In this document: positions 11,405 to 21,601 of the stretch, one piece after another
Layout: the number at the start of each line of letters is the position of its first letter
Position numbering within the stretch: the stretch's first letter is position 1
Source of the DNA: Candidatus Geothermarchaeota archaeon
Lineage (GTDB): Archaea > Thermoproteota > Nitrososphaeria > Geothermarchaeales > JDFR-13
Reading direction: 5' to 3'
DNA: 64,000 bases
NCBI GenBank assembly: GCA_015523725.1
Contig: WAJV01000107.1
Coordinates: forward strand, 959 to 64,958
Translations under genes and position numbers: made by a program
The notes under the pieces: generated by a model
Database searches by the model: none
What the model saw: only the letters and a program-made list of their open reading frames with translations
Told to the model about the DNA's origin: nothing

Positions 11405-11938
11405 GTGATGATGCATATGAACCATAGAAACATAATTAGAATAATTGGGCTAACACTACTAATAATATCATCATTCATATACATATCAAGCCTAATCCAA
11501 TGGATAATAGAGGGAGGCGCCGATCCATTAGGAGAAAACCTAGTAAATAAAGAAATAGTAGTAATAAATAACATACTAATGTTCAAACCAATCTCAATAG
11601 CAATGGTCACAGGCGCCCTAGGATACATAATGATACTAGAGTCAATAAAAGACCCCTTCAAAACAAATAGAAGAATATTGATTGCAAAAACATCCAAAAT
11701 AATAGCATACGCATTCCTAATAATATCCGCATATGAATTCATATTCAACATGATGCTATGGGCAGCATATATAATAGTTAATGGCGGAACGATAAATATT
11801 GATGAAATATATACCCACTTCCCATACACACACTACTCATGGAATATAGTATTCGCAACCAAATTATTCTTCATGATACTAGTAATCTCACTAGCCACAA
11901 TATACTACATATCAAGATGGGAGAAACAGCAGCTATAA
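11405..11938 (+). CDS. hypothetical 4-TM membrane protein
   Basis: Four hydrophobic segments, WNIVFATK motif, + strand codon bias; divergent from atpF. Confidence 0.7.
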   Translation: MMMHMNHRNIIRIIGLTLLIISSFIYISSLIQWIIEGGADPLGENLVNKEIVVINNILMFKPISIAMVTGALGYIMILESIKDPFKTNRRILIAKTSKIIAYAFLIISAYEFIFNMMLWAAYIIVNGGTINIDEIYTHFPYTHYSWNIVFATKLFFMILVISLATIYYISRWEKQQL

Positions 11939-12003
11939 AATTAACCTATAAATATTGGATATAACAATAAATCCATTATTCAAAACAAACCAATGAAAAA
12001 CAG

Positions 12004-12357
12004 GTGAAAAACATGAATAAATTAGAAATAAGCCCCAAGATAGGAAATATATTAGAAATACTAACAGGAATCTATCTTGTAATAATATCATCCTATCCAT
12101 TTGTGGTATGGTATATGTTCATAATTGGATTAATACCGATACTATCATCAATAATCAACCTATACAACAAGACTCTAGGTAAAAGAATAAAAATAGGGAT
12201 TGAGATAGTCATATTATCAATAATAATATCATATATATACCTCATAACAGACTTATTAAGCCACTCAAATCAACTAACAACAAGCACACCAACCATAATA
12301 CTCTCAATAGGACTAATAATAACTCTAATCACATTCATAACAAAATTATTCGAATAA
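12004..12357 (+). CDS. hypothetical small membrane protein
   Basis: Ile/Leu-rich ORF ending 2 nt before the next gene. Confidence 0.6.
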   Translation: MKNMNKLEISPKIGNILEILTGIYLVIISSYPFVVWYMFIIGLIPILSSIINLYNKTLGKRIKIGIEIVILSIIISYIYLITDLLSHSNQLTTSTPTIILSIGLIITLITFITKLFE

Positions 12358-12359
12358 AA

Positions 12360-13214
12360 ATGAAACCGACGCAGAAAAGAATAAGATTCTATAACTATCC
12401 ATATGAATATGATGAAGCCAAACAAATATTATGTGGAATACTCTATACAGCCGATACACAACCGACTTACATTCCCTTAACCAGAACAAGTAATACAACA
12501 ATTCTCCGGGAAGCATCAACATGGATAGAGGATAACTCAATCACAACCAAAGGATATTATAGTCAACTAAAGGTGCATGATATAGGAGACATAATTAACC
12601 CACAATCAATAAAAGAAATAATAAAAGAAATAGTCAATGAAAATAAACAAATCACATTCTTCGGGGGACCCCATAAATACACATATTATATTACGAATGC
12701 ATTAATCGATACAATTGGAATAAATAAACTAATAATATTGGATGCACACCTCGACTTAAAAAAAGAATTTATGGGAAAAAAATTTACAAGCGCAACCTTT
12801 CTACGAAAAATAACAGAAGAGGGAAAAATAGATAAGATTATAATTATTGGCGCCAGAGCATACCAGGAAGAAGAGATTAAATTCGCTGAAAAAAATAATA
12901 TAGATATAATAAATAACCCAAAAAAACTAACAGACTCAATATCCAAAGAAGACCAAATATATTTATCGATAGACATTGACTTCCTAGACTCAATATATAT
13001 ATCCGAGACACCATACCCAGAGGCCTGGGGCTATACACCACAGGACATAATAAATATATTCAAAACACTTATAGACAATAACGTGAGACTAGTTGGAGCA
13101 GACATAATGGAATACCTCCCAATACAAGGAAACCACACCCAAGCAAAACTAGTTTCAAGAATTATCCTAGAAACACTAATAACACAACATCAATTAACCA
13201 AACAACACAAATAG
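12360..13214 (+). CDS. arginase/agmatinase-family ureohydrolase (divergent)
   Basis: GGPH, DAHLD, SIDIDFLD metal-ligand motifs, GADIME. Confidence 0.85.
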   Translation: MKPTQKRIRFYNYPYEYDEAKQILCGILYTADTQPTYIPLTRTSNTTILREASTWIEDNSITTKGYYSQLKVHDIGDIINPQSIKEIIKEIVNENKQITFFGGPHKYTYYITNALIDTIGINKLIILDAHLDLKKEFMGKKFTSATFLRKITEEGKIDKIIIIGARAYQEEEIKFAEKNNIDIINNPKKLTDSISKEDQIYLSIDIDFLDSIYISETPYPEAWGYTPQDIINIFKTLIDNNVRLVGADIMEYLPIQGNHTQAKLVSRIILETLITQHQLTKQHK

Positions 13215-13266
13215 AAAAAAAATAAATTAAATTAAGCGACCACCAATACTATTTATAGATTAGGAT

Positions 13267-15864
13267 ATGACCCAAGGACTCGATAAATGGATATACCCCC
13301 AAGAAAAAAATAAACAACCAATTATAAAAAACAACAATTCATTGAAAAAAATAAATGATAACCCTAAACTCGATAATCTATATATATTATTATCAGCTGA
13401 CTACGATTCCCAAGAACAAAAGGTATACCTAAAGTTCTATAATATAAAGAAAGAGAATATCCTAATATGGTATGACACAACAGACCATAAACCATACGCC
13501 TTAAGCAAACTAAGACCAGAAGAATTAAGAATGCACCCAGACCTAGCCAGCATGAGTGATAGAATTATAGATTTAAAAGAGGTAAAGAAACACGACCCAA
13601 TAACAGATACAGACATAATAATGACAAAAATAGTTGTAAAAGACCCATTGGCAATAGGGGGGACAAGGACATCCCTAAGAGAGAAAATGAGGCTCTGGGA
13701 AGCAGACATAAAATACCATGCAAACTACATATTTGACCTTGGTTTCCAAGTCGGGGCATATTACATAATAGAAGACATAAAAAAAGTACCAAAACAAGTA
13801 GAACTTGAAATTCCCCCCGAAATCATGGAGAAATTCAATAAAACAAAAATGGATGAAAAGATACTAGAGTGGCTAAAACTACTTGCAATGGAGGTGCCCA
13901 ACTATAAAAGAGTGGCGCTCGATATAGAAGTGTTCAATCCCCCCGGAATAATGCCTAGGGTAGAGGACCCCCAGTATCCAATATTCATAGCTTCACTAAG
14001 AGGCTCCGATAACCTTAGAAAAATACTCGTATATGACTTGAGAAATGAAATAAAAGAAGATAGATTAAAACTAGACCACTACGAAGTAGAAGTTTATAGA
14101 TCAGAGAAAGAGTTAATCGAGAGGATAATAGATATAATAAAACAATATCCCATAGTCATTACATTCAACGGCGACAAATTCGACCTACCCTATATAAGAA
14201 GGAGAGGAGAGGCCATAGGTATACCAAACATTCGGGAATATATTAAACTAGGTAGAAATGATGCAAGAATAACATGGGGAGTACATATAGACCTATATGA
14301 ATTCTTTAAAAACGTATCAATTAAAACCTATGCATTCTCAAACTCATATGATATAGTTTCTCTAGATAGTGTCGCAAAGGCATTAATTGGAGAAGGAAAA
14401 ATAGAGTTCGAGAAGAGCTTCGAAGAAGCATCTATCTATGAAGCAATGGACTATGCATACCAAGATGCAGAGATCACGTATAAATTAACCGAATTCAATC
14501 AAAACCTAGTAATGAACCTAATAACAATAATAGCTAGAATATCTAATATGACTATAGATGACGTATGCAGACTCTCCATATCTAACTGGATAAAGAATAG
14601 ACTAGTATTCGAGCATAGGAAACTCAATTATCTAATACCATTAAGGGAAGAGATAGAGGCAAAAGGAGTAAAGCAACATCTAAAACCAATAACAAAAGGG
14701 AAAAAATATGTAGGCGCCATAGTAATCCAGCCAGAACCAGGAATACACTTCAATGTACATGTAGTCGACTTTGCAAGCCTATACCCAAGCATAATAAAGG
14801 AGTATAATATATCATATGAAACTGTTAACTGTCCACACCAAGAATGCCGAGACAACCTAGTAGAAGGAACATCAACCTGGATATGCAAGAAGAAGAGAGG
14901 TATAATAAGCCAATTCGCCGGGGCCATTAGAGACGTTAGAGTAAACATATTTAAAAAACTGGCTAAAGACAGGAAATTACCAGCTGCCAAACGTAGATTC
15001 TATGACGTAGTACAAAGCTCACTCAAAGTATTTATAAACGCTATATATGGAGTAATGGGCTCCGAAGCATTCCCATTCTACTATCTACCAGCCGCAGAAG
15101 CCACGACAATATTGGGACGAGGAGCCATAATGAAGGCAATAGAAATATCTAGAGAGATGGGATTAAAAGTAATATACGGAGATACAGACAGCCTATTCAT
15201 AAAAGATCCGGACAATGAAACACTAACAAAATTCATTAAGCGAGTTGAAAAAACCATAAGACTGAAACTAGATATTGACAAAATATATAGATACGTGGTA
15301 TTCAGCAGAAGAAAGAAAAACTATTTCGGTATATTGACGGACGGGACAGTTGATGTGAAAGGACTATTGGGGAAGAAAAGTAGTACACCACCATACATTA
15401 AAGACATATTCTACCAGGTACTCGATATACTAAAGAATGTAAATACACTAGATGAATTCAAGGAGGCGAAAGAAAACATTAAACAGATCGTATTAAATGC
15501 AGAAGCGAAACTTAGAAAAGGAGAAGTATCCATCAACGACCTAGCAATATCTGTAACACTAAGCAAACCCCTACACGCCTACACCAAAACCACACCCCAA
15601 CACGTAAAGGCCGCCAGAAAACTCAAGAGAGCCTTAGGCATAGACATATCACCAGGAACCATAATCAGAATAATTAAAACACGGGATAAGGAGGGGGCGT
15701 CACCAGTTGAATTGGTAAGGGACTATAGACAAGTAGATGTAGAAAAATATATCGAACTACTTAGGTCAACATTAAGCCAGATACTGGAGGCAATGGATAT
15801 AGATATAAAGGAAATTGAAATTAAGAAAGAATTTAGAAGCCTCGATCAATTCTTCAAATTCTAG
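13267..15864 (+). CDS. polB1: family B DNA polymerase, PolB1 type
   Basis: DIEV, FNGDKFD, DFASLYPS, K...NAIYG, YGDTDS; C-terminal PIP-like SLDQFF. Confidence 0.95.
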   Translation: MTQGLDKWIYPQEKNKQPIIKNNNSLKKINDNPKLDNLYILLSADYDSQEQKVYLKFYNIKKENILIWYDTTDHKPYALSKLRPEELRMHPDLASMSDRIIDLKEVKKHDPITDTDIIMTKIVVKDPLAIGGTRTSLREKMRLWEADIKYHANYIFDLGFQVGAYYIIEDIKKVPKQVELEIPPEIMEKFNKTKMDEKILEWLKLLAMEVPNYKRVALDIEVFNPPGIMPRVEDPQYPIFIASLRGSDNLRKILVYDLRNEIKEDRLKLDHYEVEVYRSEKELIERIIDIIKQYPIVITFNGDKFDLPYIRRRGEAIGIPNIREYIKLGRNDARITWGVHIDLYEFFKNVSIKTYAFSNSYDIVSLDSVAKALIGEGKIEFEKSFEEASIYEAMDYAYQDAEITYKLTEFNQNLVMNLITIIARISNMTIDDVCRLSISNWIKNRLVFEHRKLNYLIPLREEIEAKGVKQHLKPITKGKKYVGAIVIQPEPGIHFNVHVVDFASLYPSIIKEYNISYETVNCPHQECRDNLVEGTSTWICKKKRGIISQFAGAIRDVRVNIFKKLAKDRKLPAAKRRFYDVVQSSLKVFINAIYGVMGSEAFPFYYLPAAEATTILGRGAIMKAIEISREMGLKVIYGDTDSLFIKDPDNETLTKFIKRVEKTIRLKLDIDKIYRYVVFSRRKKNYFGILTDGTVDVKGLLGKKSSTPPYIKDIFYQVLDILKNVNTLDEFKEAKENIKQIVLNAEAKLRKGEVSINDLAISVTLSKPLHAYTKTTPQHVKAARKLKRALGIDISPGTIIRIIKTRDKEGASPVELVRDYRQVDVEKYIELLRSTLSQILEAMDIDIKEIEIKKEFRSLDQFFKF

Positions 15865-15876
15865 ACTCAAATACCA

Positions 15877-17289
15877 TCAAACTATCTCTGGTCTCTTACT
15901 AAGGCGTTCATGGAAATATAATGGTCGGAAAGGAAAACCATTGATATCAGATTTAACCCTCATAATTAAATCATCCAATGTCATTTCAAGAGACTCGCCA
16001 CGACTCCCCCTAATCCTAACATTCAATTTATTACTCTTAACCTCCTTCTCACCAACCACAACAATGTATGGAACCCATTCACGCTCAGCATACATAATCT
16101 TCTTAGAAAGCGATACATCCCTATCATCAATATCAACCCTAATACCAGCATCCCTAATCATAAGCAATAGATTATAGGAATAATCCAAATATGCCTTAGA
16201 AACAGGTATAATCCTGACTTGGGTAGGGGAAAGCCAAGTCGGTAACATAGGTTTCTCACCCCTCTTCGCCATCTTAGCAGCCTCCTCCAAAAATTCATAT
16301 AGGAAACGCTCAACACTACCATGGATAGCTGTGTGCAGAATCACTGGATACTTAATCGATCCATCAACATCATGATACCTAATATTAAACCGCTTAGAAT
16401 TCCCAACATCAATCTGGACAGTAGCGGTTTCAAGAGGCCTACCCTGAGAATCTATGTAATGAAACTCAATATTAATAACCCAATAATATTTACCACTCTC
16501 AACCACATATATTAAGATAGGCTTACCTTCAGATCTAACCAGATCCAAAATAAAATCAAAATTATCCTGAACAAATCCATCTACAACATTATATAGGTTA
16601 TAATACGTCCAACCAAATTTAGAGCCCTCGGACATAATCAATTTAAAAATCTTTTTAAACTCATCCATTGCGGCATCCAAATCAGCGGTTAGAATATGTA
16701 AGTCTGGCATATAAAACCTCCTAGGCCGAGCCAATCCAGAAACCTCTCCCCTCTGCTCATATCTATAACTATCAGCCAACTCGAAAATATATAGAGGTAA
16801 GTCTCTATAACTTAAATAATGCCTCCTCAATAACGCAAACTGACCGAAACAAGCAGCATACCTAAGGACAAACTCCCTCTTAAACGGCTTAACCTTATAC
16901 ATTCTCTGCCCAAATAATGAAGCATGCTCCTTAATCGCTGGAGTATTAAGGTCATACATAATCGAGGTCCTAACAGGTAAGCCTCCAATTCTCCTAACCA
17001 CACTCAAACTATAATCCATCAATAAATCCATAATCAAAGTGCCCTTAGGAAGATAGGTTAAGTGCCCGGCGTCACTCAATGGCTCAACCTCAGCCAACTT
17101 AAGCCTCTTCATATAATCAATATGTGGAGACCTCTTAAACTCCCTCTTCTCACCGAGAGCCTCCTTCTCCAATAACGCCCTAAACCCCTCATCCCCACCG
17201 GCAAACTCCTCAGGATAATATAACTTACCATCAGGGGTCAACACATAATACTCTCCAGGCAATAATTCATCCACCGAGACCTCAGACAT
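15877..17289 (-). CDS. thrS: threonyl-tRNA synthetase, catalytic + anticodon-binding domains only
   Basis: LRYAACFG, SYRYEQRGE, FYMPDLH, HTAIHGSVER, LSPTQVR; no N-terminal editing domain. Confidence 0.93.
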   Translation of the reverse strand: MSEVSVDELLPGEYYVLTPDGKLYYPEEFAGGDEGFRALLEKEALGEKREFKRSPHIDYMKRLKLAEVEPLSDAGHLTYLPKGTLIMDLLMDYSLSVVRRIGGLPVRTSIMYDLNTPAIKEHASLFGQRMYKVKPFKREFVLRYAACFGQFALLRRHYLSYRDLPLYIFELADSYRYEQRGEVSGLARPRRFYMPDLHILTADLDAAMDEFKKIFKLIMSEGSKFGWTYYNLYNVVDGFVQDNFDFILDLVRSEGKPILIYVVESGKYYWVINIEFHYIDSQGRPLETATVQIDVGNSKRFNIRYHDVDGSIKYPVILHTAIHGSVERFLYEFLEEAAKMAKRGEKPMLPTWLSPTQVRIIPVSKAYLDYSYNLLLMIRDAGIRVDIDDRDVSLSKKIMYAEREWVPYIVVVGEKEVKSNKLNVRIRGSRGESLEMTLDDLIMRVKSDINGFPFRPLYFHERLSKRPEIV

Positions 17290-17479
17290 TCTTCCACCTC
17301 AACCTCTCCAATCTATCCAACTTCTTCCTCCTCTTCTTAAACTCTTTATAATGTTTCTTACATAGATATACCCTCCTACCACTAGGCTTAACATCCAACC
17401 CAGCCTCACGAACCTTATTTATAGATAGAGATCTTACAGCAACTTCTCCACATCCCTCAACACTACATATATCAGGCAA
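17282..17479 (-). CDS. small basic Zn-finger protein (CxxxxC...CxxH)
   Basis: CSVEGC...YLCKKH, GGTGGTGG SD before a TTG start, overlaps thrS start. Confidence 0.75.
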   Translation of the reverse strand: MPDICSVEGCGEVAVRSLSINKVREAGLDVKPSGRRVYLCKKHYKEFKKRRKKLDRLERLRWKNV

Positions 17480-17588
17480 CTAAACCACCACCAAACCAAC
17501 ATAGAAATTAATTAAATAATAAAGTTATTTGGGAAATATATATCCTACGTACCAAAAAATATTCTTTATCCAAGAGAGTGATGAAGAG

Positions 17589-18182
17589 GTGCTAAATAAA
17601 TTTAGGGAGAAACTCGAAACAAAGATAAATAATATAGCCAAAATATTCATTAAAATCGGCATACCGCCATGGATAGTATCACTAACAGGCTTAGTAATAA
17701 TAATCATATCATCAATAATCCTATTAATAGATAGATCAACACAGGGAATAATCATCTCACTAGTAATCTTTTTAATAGGTAATGCGATGGATGCCCTCGA
17801 TGGACCGATTGCTAGGCTAACAGGGAAGACGAGTAAGTGGGGAGGAATAACCGACTCCACACTAGATAAAATAGGTGAAACCATATATCCCTATACATTA
17901 GGATACACGGGAATAGCCCAATGGAGCCTCATCTATATCTACATAGTGACAGCGATACTAATCAGCTATTTAAGGGCCAGGGGAGAGGCTGAAGGAATAT
18001 ATATGAGGGGAATCGGGCTAATGGAGAGGGCTGAAAGGATAATTAGCCTAACAATAATACTATTATTATATGCTTTAACCAAAATCGATATTAATGTAAT
18101 GCTAACTATCCTAATTATATTAAACATAGTTACGATGATACAAAGAACCTACTATTTACACCAATCACTTAGTGAAAGCTAA
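17589..18182 (+). CDS. CDP-alcohol phosphatidyltransferase (archaetidylinositol-phosphate synthase-like)
   Basis: DALDGPIAR...WGGITDSTLD signature, SYLRARGE, GLMERAER; probable GTG start at 17589. Confidence 0.9.
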   Translation: MLNKFREKLETKINNIAKIFIKIGIPPWIVSLTGLVIIIISSIILLIDRSTQGIIISLVIFLIGNAMDALDGPIARLTGKTSKWGGITDSTLDKIGETIYPYTLGYTGIAQWSLIYIYIVTAILISYLRARGEAEGIYMRGIGLMERAERIISLTIILLLYALTKIDINVMLTILIILNIVTMIQRTYYLHQSLSES

Positions 18183-19595
18183 TCTCCCACCACCAAAAAC
18201 CCTCTTAGTGACACCCATAGCAGCATAAGGCAACCGATGTACATCTATTATCGATGGAATATTGTTTACAACCTCACCCAAAACCAAAACCCTACCACGG
18301 ACCAAATCCTTAGCAATAGATTTGACAGTAGCACTATCAACATTAGCTATCCTACTAAGCATCTCCAAATCATGGTCATTCTGGAATCTAAATATAAATA
18401 TATTATCAAGTTGCCTAAAAACCTCATGACCAAGCGAATCAGGTTGATTAGTTATAAATACTACAAATAACCCAAAATGCCTCATCCTAGTAATAACATC
18501 CTCCCAATATGTATCCCTAACATATAAATGAGCCTCCTCCGCAAATATGAATAAGGGATCCAGCAAATTCCTCTCAAGCAAATCAACTAATTTACTTAAA
18601 AAAATCTCCACCAAAATTCTCCTCTCAACAGAGGACAAACCCCTCAAATTAATAATGACACCACGATAATCCCTAAACAAATCCTCTAGCCCAACACTAG
18701 ATCCATCCCTAAGAAACCTACACGACTTAAGTATTAACAATCTTGATATCAAAGCATCCCTAATCATCAAATTTCTAACATAGTTATTAACAACATTTAT
18801 TAGACCATCGAAAGACAAGCCATAACCACGCCTAACAGCTACATCCCAAACCTCATTAAAAATATTTGCCGATACACCTGGCAAACCCAAAACATTCACC
18901 ATTAAATTAAGAACTGTATCCCTACCAAGATACTCAAGACTGAAATAGAGATTCTTCCCAGGATCAAACACCTCAACACCACTAGCCTCGACCAACCCAA
19001 GATACTCACCATTCAAATCAAATATAAGAATAGGTGCCCCGTGAGAAACCAAATTAACAGCCAATAATTTAGCCAAGTGAGACTTACCCGATCCCTTCAT
19101 TCCAGTAATCAATGTAAGAGAGCCGTCTAGCTTCTCAGCATAAATAGACACAGGATTACCATCAAAATCGATGCCCAAACCAATCTTATACTTAAATTCA
19201 CCCCCATCAACCAATCTAAGCACCTCAGACGTAGAGACCCTCTCAATTTTAGAATAGGCCCGTGAGGGTAAATCACTATATACAGAGGAGAAAACGCCAT
19301 CCTTAATAGACCCCCTAATGATAGCGGTAGCCAACTTAGTGTCCTTCAAAAACCTGGAGGCCCTCCCGACCTCAATCAAATCAGTCTCAACAAAATTTGA
19401 CTTATCCAGCAACCCTTCACGAACCAACTCATCTAAAATCCCAGGTGAATCTATATACTTAATATCAATAACCTGAACAACCAGGGAATAATCGCGCCCC
19501 ACATCACTAACCAAAAGATACTCTCCCTTCCTAATAGTTTCATGCGGAAAAACGAGAATCTCCAATGAATCCCCATCCTTCCTATATATTTTCAT
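18165..19595 (-). CDS. herA: HerA-family (FtsK/HerA) ATPase
   Basis: N-terminal HAS-barrel-like region, GMKGSGKS, FDLNGEY, FAEEAH, RMRHFG, TNQP. Confidence 0.85.
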   Translation of the reverse strand: MKIYRKDGDSLEILVFPHETIRKGEYLLVSDVGRDYSLVVQVIDIKYIDSPGILDELVREGLLDKSNFVETDLIEVGRASRFLKDTKLATAIIRGSIKDGVFSSVYSDLPSRAYSKIERVSTSEVLRLVDGGEFKYKIGLGIDFDGNPVSIYAEKLDGSLTLITGMKGSGKSHLAKLLAVNLVSHGAPILIFDLNGEYLGLVEASGVEVFDPGKNLYFSLEYLGRDTVLNLMVNVLGLPGVSANIFNEVWDVAVRRGYGLSFDGLINVVNNYVRNLMIRDALISRLLILKSCRFLRDGSSVGLEDLFRDYRGVIINLRGLSSVERRILVEIFLSKLVDLLERNLLDPLFIFAEEAHLYVRDTYWEDVITRMRHFGLFVVFITNQPDSLGHEVFRQLDNIFIFRFQNDHDLEMLSRIANVDSATVKSIAKDLVRGRVLVLGEVVNNIPSIIDVHRLPYAAMGVTKRVFGGGRLAFTK

Positions 19596-20628
19596 TATTA
19601 TCACCCACTAAGGAATTAAAAGCACCAAAAATAACATCCCTCAAACCATAGGAACCAATAAATTTAACGCCAAATTCAGACTCTACATACTTCTTAACAC
19701 CAATTAACTCACCCCTAGACATTTTCGAGAGAATATGAGCCTCCTTAAGTACCTCTATGTATCCATGGCTAGTATGACTGGCATTATATAGATAATTAAG
19801 GACATCCTCATCCGATATAACACCAAGAGACCCAACATCAACTCTCATAGGTAAACCACCCCTCCTAAAAACACCAATATAAACATTATATGGATAACCC
19901 CGCTCCCTAGTATATCTGGGAACACTTACAGCACAAGGCGACCCATACCGAACAACCAAACTAAATAACCAAGGATAACGCCTAACCAACCTAGTCTTCT
20001 TCGCTATACCCACCAATGAATTCTTCCTAATCCTCCCCAAAAAGATCCCAGAAGAACCAGAATCCAGAAAAGATTTAAACAAAGACAAAGAACCATCTAA
20101 AACAATTAAACCCCTGTCCATAACCTCATCCGCAAACTCCATTAACAAATACTCAAAAATAGATATGAGAAACCTCTTCGCATCAGATGGCTCAAGAAAA
20201 CCCTTAAAATATCTAGATGATCCAGTAACATTAATGGATTCCAACATACTAACCAACGTATCCTCATCTAAGTATATCGGCAATGGACCCACCTTAAATA
20301 CATGATAAACACCACGATACTCACTGACTAAAGCACCCTTAATTGAGAATAAAAGCCCACCCTTAGACTCCCCAACAACAACAATAGATGAGTCTATTCC
20401 AATAATGGGCACATAATCATCCACACTCTTCAAATCAATCACATTGTAACCATCGACACCAGCCCCATCAGCCATAAACAAGGGAGTTAAATCACTCACA
20501 ACTCCACTAACATCCCTCGACACTATATTATCTCCCCTAATGTTCTCAAGAGAGTTTAAAAACAGGTTTTCCAATATATCCTTGAGTGTTTTGTTTTTGA
20601 TTCTTATTGATAATTCATGAACATTCAT
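19582..20628 (-). CDS. nurA: NurA-family nuclease
   Basis: GIDSS, LDGSL, GIAKKT, GY..VLKEAHILSK; overlaps herA start. Confidence 0.78.
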   Translation of the reverse strand: MNVHELSIRIKNKTLKDILENLFLNSLENIRGDNIVSRDVSGVVSDLTPLFMADGAGVDGYNVIDLKSVDDYVPIIGIDSSIVVVGESKGGLLFSIKGALVSEYRGVYHVFKVGPLPIYLDEDTLVSMLESINVTGSSRYFKGFLEPSDAKRFLISIFEYLLMEFADEVMDRGLIVLDGSLSLFKSFLDSGSSGIFLGRIRKNSLVGIAKKTRLVRRYPWLFSLVVRYGSPCAVSVPRYTRERGYPYNVYIGVFRRGGLPMRVDVGSLGVISDEDVLNYLYNASHTSHGYIEVLKEAHILSKMSRGELIGVKKYVESEFGVKFIGSYGLRDVIFGAFNSLVGDNNENI

Positions 20629-20679
20629 TTCACTTCATGAATAATATTGAATATACAAAATATTTAAATCTTTATTCAA
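20614..20679. promoter_or_regulatory. divergent promoter region with palindromes (TTCATGAA x2; TTGAATA...TATTCAA flanking TATTTAAAT)
   Basis: TTCATGAA at 20614-20621 and 20634-20641; inverted repeat at 20647-20653 and 20673-20679. Confidence 0.45.
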
Positions 20680-20697
20680 CTATTTATTATAATAGGT

Positions 20698-21090
20698 TTG
20701 AGTAACATGAGGGATGAGAAGATAAAAGTTAAGATGAATATTAAAGGTATTGAAGTAGAGATAGAATGCCTTCCATCCCAATTGAATCAAGCAATAAAAA
20801 ATATAGTCGAGTCATTAGGCGGAGCCACTACCGAAGAAGATACTGAATTTAGACCGTTAACCTGTAAAGAAGCCGTTGAAAAACTATGGATGGAGGGGTG
20901 GTTCAGTAATCCAAGGAAATTAGGTGAGGTTTGGAGTGAATTATCTAGGAGGGGCTTTAACTATGATAGAAGCGCGATATCCCACGCACTCAAATCACTT
21001 GTTAAAGAAGGGAAATTAACGAGGATGGGTAAGACTAGGAGATATAGTTATGTCCAAAAAATACCATCTAAAATTAAACAATTTAAATAA
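20698..21090 (+). CDS. small beta-beta-alpha + winged-helix protein (paralog 1)
   Basis: KIKVKMNIKGIEVEIE N-terminus; EGWFSNPRKLGEV...AISHALKSLVKEGKLTR wHTH. Confidence 0.8.
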   Translation: MSNMRDEKIKVKMNIKGIEVEIECLPSQLNQAIKNIVESLGGATTEEDTEFRPLTCKEAVEKLWMEGWFSNPRKLGEVWSELSRRGFNYDRSAISHALKSLVKEGKLTRMGKTRRYSYVQKIPSKIKQFK

Positions 21091-21112
21091 ATCATGAATT
21101 AGCTAACGCAAT

Positions 21113-21601
21113 CTATAGATTAATCAATTTTATTAACCCCTTTACAGAGATCTCATAGTGAACACCACTGGATGACCTAATTCTTTTAACATATCCATCA
21201 TAATGTAGCTCACTCAATCTAGAGGAGATGGTTTTAGATGGTTTGCCTAGAATCATAGTTAATTCCCTTAATGATAAGTAGGGATTATCTGATTTACCCG
21301 CCAAATGAGTTAATTTAGCTATTCCTAGAGCAATTAATATTTTATTACTGAGAGCTAGTCTCTTGGGAGGCGATTCCCTAAATATGATTTCACCATCCTC
21401 AGACACCATGACATATTTTGATAGGGATTTAGATAACTCAATATAATCCACGTCAACCGATAATTCCTTAAATAAATCGAATCCAGGTAATACCTTCCCC
21501 ATCCACTTAATAATAGTTTTTATGACATCCTCCGGCTCTCCAGACACCTCTAGACTCAAGTCTTTAAACATGACCTTTGCATATACCTTATTATTACTCA
21601 A
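21113..21601 (-). CDS. small beta-beta-alpha + winged-helix protein (paralog 3)
   Basis: KVYAKVMFKDLSLEVSGEPEDV; LSLRELTMILGKPSKTISSRLSEL...GYVKR. Confidence 0.8.
   Translation of the reverse strand: MSNNKVYAKVMFKDLSLEVSGEPEDVIKTIIKWMGKVLPGFDLFKELSVDVDYIELSKSLSKYVMVSEDGEIIFRESPPKRLALSNKILIALGIAKLTHLAGKSDNPYLSLRELTMILGKPSKTISSRLSELHYDGYVKRIRSSSGVHYEISVKGLIKLINL

Noticed and set aside
8194..15864. Inteins in atpA or polB (common insertion hosts)
   Set aside because: Both proteins are of normal length with uninterrupted motifs
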